A stretch of DNA of 15,646 bases from Candidatus Velthaea sp. Lineage in GTDB: Bacteria; Vulcanimicrobiota; Vulcanimicrobiia; Vulcanimicrobiales; Vulcanimicrobiaceae. Location of the stretch: NCBI GenBank assembly GCA_050012475.1, contig JBEKHC010000143.1, positions 1 through 15,646 on the forward strand, in the 5' to 3' direction. A program made the position numbers and the translations under genes. The notes beneath the pieces were generated by a model. That model did no database searches, was not told the DNA's origin, and worked only from the letters and a program-made list of their open reading frames with translations. The first letter of the stretch is position 1; each line of letters begins with the position of its first letter. Shown here piece by piece: positions 8,779 through 15,371 of the stretch.

Positions 8779-8962
8779 CCTGACGACGCCGAGCCAAGCG
8801 CGTTCGGCTCCATCGCCGGTTGATCCGGCGGCGCGGCGGAACGCGAAGGTGTAGAGACTGGACGGGCGCGGCCTACGTGTCAACGGGCATACGGTCAAGG
8901 CACAGTCCAGACCACGCACGCCGCGAATGCAAAGCGGCACCGGCGAAAGCCGGAGTGGTACG
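8779..8962 (+). ncRNA. Group I intron, 3' portion only (P5'/P4' through omega-G)
   Basis: P4' CGCCGAG 8787-93; P6 GCC/GGT; P6a CGCGTTC 8799-8805 / GAACGCG 8839-45; P6b CGCCGG/CCGGCG; J6/7 GTA; P7 GAGACT 8854-59 / AGTCC 8904-08 with bulged A (G-binding site); P3' GACGGG 8861-66; P8 GGCC/GGTC; ACCAC 8911-15 / GTGGT 8955-59 enclosing GCCGC/GCGGC and CCGGC-GAAA-GCCGG; terminal G 8962. Confidence 0.88.
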
Positions 8963-9011
8963 AAAATCTGCCGCCCGCGAGGGCATCCGGGTTCGAGCCC
9001 CGGTCGTCCCA
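8963..9011 (+). tRNA. 3' exon of tRNA-Leu (inferred anticodon UAA); 5' half absent
   Basis: AAAA (tRNA positions 35-38), anticodon stem 3' strand TCTGC, long variable arm GCCC-GCGA-GGGC, T arm CCGGG-TTCGAGC-CCCGG, acceptor 3' strand TCGTCCC, discriminator A, no encoded CCA. Insertion after position 34 matches known tRNA-Leu(UAA) group I introns. Confidence 0.88.
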
Positions 9012-9288
9012 AAGACACCCACTTCGGAAGAGTCGACCCGGTTCATCCAAATCGAATGCCGTCGAACCGGTGAGCGTGTGTCACTGGTTAGTTCGCGCAT
9101 CCTCGTGAATTCGCGATGGCTCGCGGCGACTCGGCCGTTTTCATGCGCATCGTTGTCGTGGTATCGAATCGATGAAGCGCCGCCCGTGTTTAAACGGCTC
9201 GCCGCCGGTCGTCCTGGGTCTGCAAGCAGCGTGCAGGAAGCATGCTGAGGCTGCAGCCCACGTCGAGAAGCTCGAAGTTGGGAGTTAC

Positions 9289-9723
9289 ATGGAACGAGCA
9301 TCCGTCATCCGATTGAAGGATTTCAAATGGGACGCCGACACCTTGCTCATCATCAGCGATCGGAACAGCAGCACGTGGCTTGCCGACAGCTTCGAGCGGT
9401 TGGCAGTGACGACCAGCGACGAAGATGCTTCGATGACGATCGGAGACGGCGATTCCGTTTGGTCGCCGGACGGGATTCAAATCAGAATAGGCGTCATCAA
9501 AAGTAGCGACGACGGTTTAAAAGAGCAAGAACCGAACAAGTTTTCCTGGGCAATCAGCCGCGAAACTGCGCGCGGCTTTTCGGAAAAGGTTCGTGAGCTC
9601 GTCGATCGCCCCGGCCGCAACTATCTCGACCCGAGCAACTCTCCGCCCGCACCGGTCGTAATGGTGTCGGTCGGCGAGTACGAACTCGAGCAGCTTTTTC
9701 CGTGCGGTCGGCTTCGGAGCTAA
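9289..9723 (+). CDS. Hypothetical protein (144 aa)
   Basis: GGGAG RBS at 9280-84, ATG 9289; more A/T-rich codons than core genes; no family recognised with confidence. Confidence 0.7.
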   Translation: MERASVIRLKDFKWDADTLLIISDRNSSTWLADSFERLAVTTSDEDASMTIGDGDSVWSPDGIQIRIGVIKSSDDGLKEQEPNKFSWAISRETARGFSEKVRELVDRPGRNYLDPSNSPPAPVVMVSVGEYELEQLFPCGRLRS

Positions 9724-9799
9724 GTGGCGAACTGCGGCGCACGTCCTCGGAAACCAAACTCAACGGCAAGTTTGGCGATTTCTCAATTTAGGGGCTCAC

Positions 9800-9826
9800 G
9801 GTTTACATGATAATATTATATAAATC
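9800..9826. promoter_or_regulatory. AT-rich inverted repeat (dif-like site or operator)
   Basis: GGTTTACATGA-TAATA-TTATATAAATC, imperfect 11-5-11 inverted repeat containing the palindrome ATAATATTAT (9810-19). Confidence 0.45.
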
Positions 9827-9833
9827 TGGTATA

Positions 9834-9863
9834 TTGCCTTTTGCATGTCGCTCGTGATATACT
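9834..9863 (+). promoter_or_regulatory. Sigma70-type promoter of the TA operon (leaderless)
   Basis: -35 TTGCCT 9834-39, 18-nt spacer, extended -10 TG-A-TATACT 9855-63; GTG start follows after 6 nt with no RBS. Confidence 0.75.
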
Positions 9864-9869
9864 CTCACC

Positions 9870-10121
9870 GTGGCTACGAAGACGATTTCGATGTCTCTGC
9901 AAGAGTCGGACCTCGCGCTTATCGATGAATTTTCCGGCGGCAACCGGACGGCATTCATGGTCGCGGCTGCTACCGATCGGGCCCGGGCTTTACGACGCGC
10001 GGCCATCGATGAGGACATTGCTCGGTGTATTGCCGACAACGATGAAGCCGAACTCGTTGAGGAGCTTGATGGACTCATCGCGGACGGGCTCGAGGATGAT
10101 GCGCTTGTCATTTCGGTTTGA
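9870..10121 (+). CDS. Ribbon-helix-helix (CopG-like) antitoxin
   Basis: TKTISMSL..SDLALID....NRTAFMVAAA RHH pattern, acidic C-terminus; stop overlaps the toxin start (TTGA). Confidence 0.82.
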   Translation: MATKTISMSLQESDLALIDEFSGGNRTAFMVAAATDRARALRRAAIDEDIARCIADNDEAELVEELDGLIADGLEDDALVISV

Positions 10122-10489
10122 CTAGTCGCGACCGGCCTTCGAGCCGCCGTGGCGAGGTGTGGTACGTCGCTCCCGATACTCTTGTAGGCGCCGAGATTCG
10201 AAAACAGCGCCCAATGGTCGTCGTTCGACGTAACTTAACCGTCGAAAGTTGGACGACGATCGTCGTCCCGTTTACGGACGCCGAAGGTAAACGGTCAGGA
10301 ATTATCAAGCCGCTCATCTTGGCTGGCCGCGGCTCGGGGTTGTCCAAAGACAGTCTGGCCGTTTGCGATCAAGTTCGATCCGTCGATCGTCGACGACTCA
10401 TCGTTAAGATCGGCAAGCTCAGCAGTGCCGACTTTACGGCAATCATGCGCGGGCTTTACGAGATCTTCGATTTCGACGGAACGTACTAG
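10118..10489 (+). CDS. mazF: PemK/MazF family endoribonuclease toxin
   Basis: RRGEVWYV, GAEIRKQRPMVVV, IVVPFT, GLSKDSLAVCDQVRSVDRRRL, IGKLS. Confidence 0.93.
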   Translation: MTSRDRPSSRRGEVWYVAPDTLVGAEIRKQRPMVVVRRNLTVESWTTIVVPFTDAEGKRSGIIKPLILAGRGSGLSKDSLAVCDQVRSVDRRRLIVKIGKLSSADFTAIMRGLYEIFDFDGTY

Positions 10490-10760
10490 CCCTAGCTCTG
10501 TTGGCTGCGTTCGCGGTGCTGGGGTTTTTCATAGCACGGTCGAAGCGGCGAAGGGATCGTCGATAGGGTTCCTCGGGAAAGAGCAGTGTGCTCTGGGCGT
10601 TGCGAATAGCTTGCGGTGCGGCTGCGAACCTCGCTCGCGACGAATGACAAGGCGCTCATCACCGCAGTGAGAGCCGCCGAGCTGTCACTGCTGCGAAAAT
10701 AGCGCCGCCGTTGTCCGCGGATGGGTGCGCGTGAAGCGACGCGCCGCAACGATTGCGCCG

Positions 10761-11471
10761 CTACTCGCGGACGTGGACCGTCGTTCCGTCGTCGCTGACG
10801 AGCGCCTCGGTGTTGTAAACAAACGTGCCGGCGCGCGACGTGATGTGGGAGCGCACGAAGAAGCGATGAAACGCAGCGTCGGAGTCGTTCGGATGGGTGA
10901 TTCCGGCGTAGTGCGCGGCGAGGAACGGCAAGCCGAGATCGAGCGGCGGCGCAAGCCGTTTCAACTCGACGAGCTTCGCTACGATTTTTTCCTGAATGCG
11001 TCCGGGCAGCAAATCGTACGATTGATGCGATCCCAGCGAGATGTCGCGCACCGGATGCGGTACGGGTTGCGTGTCCAACGTTTTCGCAGCTGCCGGGAGT
11101 TCATCGGACAATGCCATGATGAAGTCGAAATCGGCCTCCATGAGACCGACGAACTTGGCGCGATAGTGCTGCCATGCTTGCCCTTCGAACACGACGTCGT
11201 TCGTGTGCAGGACGTCGACGCTCGCGCGCATGTGCCGGCCTCGTATTTGAAACGCCAACGAGCACTGGCTGCCGATGTGGTGATGAAGTAAAAACTGAAG
11301 TCCGCCACCCGAAATCTCGATGCCGATGCCCGGCTCGGGTCGAGAGCCGCGTAAGTCTTTGAGCCACCAGAGTTCAAAGCGAAGGGGGACGCGGGGGTAT
11401 TGCCGCCGCTCGAGCTGATCGTCGGAAAAGCTGTGCAGAAGCGAACCAATGCCAAGGAGCTGAATATTCAT
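10761..11471 (-). CDS. PilZ domain-containing protein (c-di-GMP effector candidate)
   Basis: ERRQYPR (RxxxR) and EISGGG ([D/N]xSxxG variant) motifs followed by an unrecognised C-terminal domain; start uncertain (ATG 11471 or TTG 11504). Confidence 0.8.
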   Translation of the reverse strand: MNIQLLGIGSLLHSFSDDQLERRQYPRVPLRFELWWLKDLRGSRPEPGIGIEISGGGLQFLLHHHIGSQCSLAFQIRGRHMRASVDVLHTNDVVFEGQAWQHYRAKFVGLMEADFDFIMALSDELPAAAKTLDTQPVPHPVRDISLGSHQSYDLLPGRIQEKIVAKLVELKRLAPPLDLGLPFLAAHYAGITHPNDSDAAFHRFFVRSHITSRAGTFVYNTEALVSDDGTTVHVRE

Positions 11472-11931
11472 GGGGTGTCTGTGTAACCCGAAGAGAGTCC
11501 GCAATCGAAAGGAGATGCGCGTGTTCCCTATCGGTGATCGGCCGACGCATTACACGACCTTAGCGCAGGCATAACACATGGGTCGCCCGCCGGCGCGCTT
11601 GGGCGGTGCCACGGCACGAACCAGCCCGGGACGATTCGGAACTCGCAAAGCGTGCGAAGCGTTTGCCGGGAGCACGGTCGGGATGGCCATCGCGTACGCT
11701 TGGTTTGGAGTCCGGCCAATAGCAGCAAGAGCCCCAGCCGGCGATCGAATCGAGATCACCAATATTTGTCGACATAGGTCGCAAAAGCGCCGCGCGATGG
11801 TGCTGCCGAGCACGAAACGCCGGTCAACAGAGAGTTTCCCGCGTACATCGGCCAATCTCATACGTTGCCCATCCTCTGAAGTTAGGAAAGGGCTGTTGGC
11901 GGGTTTATCCGAATACCGCTTGGTTGGTCGA

Positions 11932-11960
11932 AAACCCGGCTCCCGCCGGGTTTCGTTTGT
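11932..11960 (+). terminator. Intrinsic terminator-like hairpin in the etfB leader
   Basis: AAACCCGGC-TCCC-GCCGGG followed by TTTCGTTTGT, ending 3 nt before the GGAGG RBS. Confidence 0.65.
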
Positions 11961-11977
11961 CCTGGAGGGTTCGTAAG

Positions 11978-12766
11978 CTGAAAATTGTTGTAACCGTGAA
12001 GCTCGTGCCGGATACGAATGCCGACAAGCGCATCGATCCGGCGACGAAACGGCTCGTGCGCACCGGCGTCGAGACCGTGCTCAATGCGTTTGATGAATAT
12101 GCGATCGAAGCGGCACTGCAGCTCAAAGAGAAGCTGGCTGACGGGTCGACCGTCACCGTCGTCTCGATGACGCCGGAGTCCGGCAAAGAGATCGTGCGCA
12201 AGGCGCTTGCGATGGGCGCCGATAACGCGGTGATGGTCAGCGATCCGGGCCTCGAAGGGTCCGACGTCTGGGGCACGGCGTACGCGCTCGCCGCGGCGAT
12301 CCGCAAAATCGGCTTCGACCTTGTGCTCACCAGCACGCAGTCGACCGATGCCGGCACGGGCGAAGTCCCGGGTGCGTTGGCGGAATATCTGGGCGTGCCG
12401 GGCCTTACCAATGCGAAGAAGATCGAGTTTGCCGACGGCCGGATTCGTGCAACGCGCGAAACCGATACCGGCTATCAAATTGTCAGCGCGCCGCTTCCGT
12501 TGCTCGCGAGCATCACGAAGTCGGCCGCCGAACCGCGTTACCCGGCGCTTAAGGGCATCATGGGCGCCAAGAAAAAGACCATCGAGATTCTCAAGTTGGC
12601 CGACCTCGCGTTAGCCAAGCCCGTCGGCACCGACGGGGCACGCGTCGAACTTACCACGCTGACGGCGCCGCCGGTTCGCGGCAAGGGCAAAGTCGTGACC
12701 GCCGCCGACGCCGTCGACGGCGCCAAGCAAATCGTCGATTTTCTTAAAGAGCGGAAACTGCTGTAA
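11978..12766 (+). CDS. etfB: Electron transfer flavoprotein beta subunit (CTG start)
   Basis: (M)KIVVTVKLVPD, NAFDEYAIEAALQLKE, ALAMGAD, EPRYPALKGIMGAKKK; GGAGG at 11964-68 then CTG at 11978. Confidence 0.95.
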   Translation: MKIVVTVKLVPDTNADKRIDPATKRLVRTGVETVLNAFDEYAIEAALQLKEKLADGSTVTVVSMTPESGKEIVRKALAMGADNAVMVSDPGLEGSDVWGTAYALAAAIRKIGFDLVLTSTQSTDAGTGEVPGALAEYLGVPGLTNAKKIEFADGRIRATRETDTGYQIVSAPLPLLASITKSAAEPRYPALKGIMGAKKKTIEILKLADLALAKPVGTDGARVELTTLTAPPVRGKGKVVTAADAVDGAKQIVDFLKERKLL

Positions 12767-13743
12767 TGAAAAACGTCATTGCGTTTATCGAACATAAAAA
12801 CGGTCAAGCGCGGCGAGTCTCGCTCGAAGGCGCTGCGGCTGCCCGCGCGATCGCCGATAAACTCGGCGGCACGGCGCATGCGGTGATCGTCGGCGGCGAC
12901 GCCGCGGCGATCGCCGAGCAAGTCAAGGCCTATCCGCTCGACAAAATCCACATCCTCGCCGATGCCGCGACGGACAAGCAGATCGATCCCGCGGTCGACG
13001 CCTTGGCCAGCGTCGCTCAAGAGGTCGGGCCGTCGCTGATCTTGGTCGGCAACACGATGATCGGCCGCGACGTCGGCAGCCGGTTTGCCGCCCGCGTCGA
13101 TGCCGGTCTCAACGGCGACGTCATCGAGATCGACGTCGACGGCGGAAAAGTCGCCTGCGTGTCGCCCAAGCTGGGCGGCCTTGTCATCACCACCTGCGTG
13201 TTCAAGAGCGATTACGGCGTCGCGGCGCTTCGGCCCAACGTCTTCGCCGCTACCCCGGGCGCCGGGCAAGCGGAGATCGTCGCCATTGCGCCGTCGGGTA
13301 AGACGTATACCGTCGTCGTCGAAGAAGAAGTCGACGAGGCTGCGGCTGAACTGGGCGTCGAAGAAGCATCGGTCGTCGTGAGCGGCGGCCGCGGCGTGGG
13401 TGGACCCGATGCGTTCAAGTCGATGCTCAAAGATCTCGCCGACGCCTTCGGCGGCGCGGTCGGTGCCTCGCGAGCGGCGGTCGATGCAGGTTGGATCTCG
13501 CATTCGCACCAAGTCGGGCAAACCGGGAAGACCGTCAGCCCGCAGCTCTACTTTGCGATCGGCATTTCGGGTGCGATCCAGCACAAGGTGGGCATGCGGA
13601 CATCCGACACCATCGTCGCCATCAACAAAGACGGCGGCGTCCCGATCGGCGAGTTTGCCGATCTGCTCGTTGTCGGCGACGCGTTCGAGATCGTTCCGGA
13701 ACTCGCCAAGCAAGTCCGGGACGCCAAAGCCGTCCACGCGTAA
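12766..13743 (+). CDS. etfA: Electron transfer flavoprotein alpha subunit
   Basis: VVVSGGRGVG, AVGASRAAVDAGW, QVGQTGKTVSPQLYFAIGISGAIQH, IVAINKD; TAATG overlap with etfB. Confidence 0.97.
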   Translation: MKNVIAFIEHKNGQARRVSLEGAAAARAIADKLGGTAHAVIVGGDAAAIAEQVKAYPLDKIHILADAATDKQIDPAVDALASVAQEVGPSLILVGNTMIGRDVGSRFAARVDAGLNGDVIEIDVDGGKVACVSPKLGGLVITTCVFKSDYGVAALRPNVFAATPGAGQAEIVAIAPSGKTYTVVVEEEVDEAAAELGVEEASVVVSGGRGVGGPDAFKSMLKDLADAFGGAVGASRAAVDAGWISHSHQVGQTGKTVSPQLYFAIGISGAIQHKVGMRTSDTIVAINKDGGVPIGEFADLLVVGDAFEIVPELAKQVRDAKAVHA

Positions 13744-13750
13744 ACATCCG

Positions 13751-13774
13751 CCCCGGGCGAGCCCGCGCCCGGGG
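13751..13774 (+). other. GC-rich intergenic hairpin after etfA
   Basis: CCCCGGGCG (13751-59) / CGCCCGGGG (13766-74), perfect 9-bp stem, no U-tract. Confidence 0.6.
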
Positions 13775-13798
13775 ATCCTCCCCGAGAAAGTCGTGCTC

Positions 13799-15370
13799 TT
13801 GATTCGTTCCAAGCATCTGTTCGCAGCCGCGGCGGCCGCGACACTCGCCGTTCTTTGTGCTCCGCAGGGGACGCTGGCCAAGGCCAAACCCACTGCGGCG
13901 CCGACGGCGTCGGCGTCACCGTCGGCCTCGCCGACGGCCACTCCCGAACCGCTCGACGTCCAAGTTCCGCGGTTGGAAGCCAAGCTAAAAAGCGACCCCA
14001 ACGACAAGACGTCGATGACGCAGTTGGCGCAGGATTACTATGCGATCAACCGGCCGGATCTTGCACTGGGCTTGACGCAAAAGCTGCTGAACTCGGGCAC
14101 CAAGACGGCCCAGGTCTATTACGTTGACGGCATCTCCCATGCTGCTCTCGGCCACGACAAAGAGTCGATCAGCGACCTCGAAAGTGCCTCGAATCTCGAG
14201 CCGACCAACGCCGCAGTTCTCAATACGCTCACGACGCTGTACCTGCGCGCGAACCGGCCCAACGATGCCGAGCGCGTTGCGAAGCGCGCGATCACCTTCA
14301 ACAAGGGTGATGAGAACTCGCTCATCACCTACGGGCAAGTGCTGGCGACGGAACAGAAATACGACGATGCACGAACCCAGTTCGAGGCGGCGGCAAAGCT
14401 TGCGCCGACCGATCCGCATCCGGTCGTGCTTGAAGCGCAAACCTACGCCTCGCAAAACGCGATTGCGCTCGCGGCGCAGGTGTACGATCGAGCGGTTGCC
14501 ATCGATCCCAAGAGCGCCGAGGCGCTCGCCGGCAAGGCGCAGATCTCCGGTGTTCAGCACAACGTCCCCGTCGCGATCGATACGTTCAACAAACTGCTGG
14601 CCTTGGCAACGACCGACGAGGAGCGAGCCGCCGTCAGCGATCAGATGGCTCGCTTGTATGCTGTCGAAAAGATGAGTTCGCAGGCCGACTCGACGTATCG
14701 CAACACGATCGCCAGCTATCCCAAGGTCGCGGCCGCGCACTTGAATTACGGCGACTATCTCGCGTTCATCAAAGACAACGCCGGTGCCGTCCGAGAGTGG
14801 ACTGCCGCGGCGGGTCCCAACCGCGACAACGGCGATGCGCTTTCGCGCCTGGGCGACTACTACAAGCAAACCGGCAACATGCCCAAGGCGCTTGATAACT
14901 ACAAGCGCTTGACCGAAGTCGCCGGCGGCGATCCGCGGACTTGGCTCTTGCTTGCCGGGGTTTATGCGCAGAGTCACCAATATGATAAGGCGCGCGACGC
15001 GTTCCGCCATTCATATGCGCTCGGACGCTCCGCGGAAGCACTCGTGGGACTCGCCCAATCCGACTTCGCCGTCAAGAATTACAAAGAGACGATTTTGATC
15101 TTCTCCGCGCTGGATCACAACGCACCGAATTTCACCAAGCAAAACCCGCAAGTTTTGTACGTCTTGGGTCAGAGCTATCAGAAGACCGGCGACAAGAAGG
15201 GCGCGCGTGACGCGTACACTCGATTCCTCGCCTACACGAAACCCGGCTCGCAAGCACAAGCGGAGATCAAGCAGTTGATCGTACAGATGTCCGACAGCAA
15301 GACCGACGCCAAGGCGAGTGCCGGCGCGAAACCTTCACCTGCCCCGAGCAAGGCACCAGCAAAACAATAA
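13799..15370 (+). CDS. Secreted tetratricopeptide repeat protein
   Basis: Signal-peptide-like MIRSKHLFAAAAAATLAVLCA, P/T/A/S linker, repeated TPR units (e.g. A..YDRAVAIDPKSAEAL, LGDYY..G...KAL..Y); TTG 13799 after GAGAAAG (GTG 13793 is an alternative). Confidence 0.9.
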   Translation: MIRSKHLFAAAAAATLAVLCAPQGTLAKAKPTAAPTASASPSASPTATPEPLDVQVPRLEAKLKSDPNDKTSMTQLAQDYYAINRPDLALGLTQKLLNSGTKTAQVYYVDGISHAALGHDKESISDLESASNLEPTNAAVLNTLTTLYLRANRPNDAERVAKRAITFNKGDENSLITYGQVLATEQKYDDARTQFEAAAKLAPTDPHPVVLEAQTYASQNAIALAAQVYDRAVAIDPKSAEALAGKAQISGVQHNVPVAIDTFNKLLALATTDEERAAVSDQMARLYAVEKMSSQADSTYRNTIASYPKVAAAHLNYGDYLAFIKDNAGAVREWTAAAGPNRDNGDALSRLGDYYKQTGNMPKALDNYKRLTEVAGGDPRTWLLLAGVYAQSHQYDKARDAFRHSYALGRSAEALVGLAQSDFAVKNYKETILIFSALDHNAPNFTKQNPQVLYVLGQSYQKTGDKKGARDAYTRFLAYTKPGSQAQAEIKQLIVQMSDSKTDAKASAGAKPSPAPSKAPAKQ

Positions 15371-15371
15371 C

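Noticed and set aside
8653..9301. ORF-track ORFs 8653-9018(-), 8820-9248(+) and 8873-9301(-)
   Set aside because: They overlap the intron and tRNA structure and show no protein-family or homing endonuclease motifs.
10490..10760. Possible gene or terminator between mazF and the PilZ gene
   Set aside because: Only short ORFs without RBS or motifs and a weak GTGCT/AGCAC stem; nothing supportable.
11628..11660. GGGACGA, a perfect complement to the tRNA acceptor 3' strand TCGTCCC, as the missing 5' exon
   Set aside because: Not followed by a D arm with the conserved GG, a GCAGA anticodon stem or CTT, and no intron P3/P4 5' strands follow.
13400..13798. Extended TPR ORF overlapping etfA
   Set aside because: Out-of-frame overlap with well-conserved etfA; the signal peptide starts at 13793-13799.
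12538..15010. Long antisense ORFs 12538-14007 and 13985-15010
   Set aside because: Shadow frames of etfA and the TPR gene, typical of high-GC codon bias.
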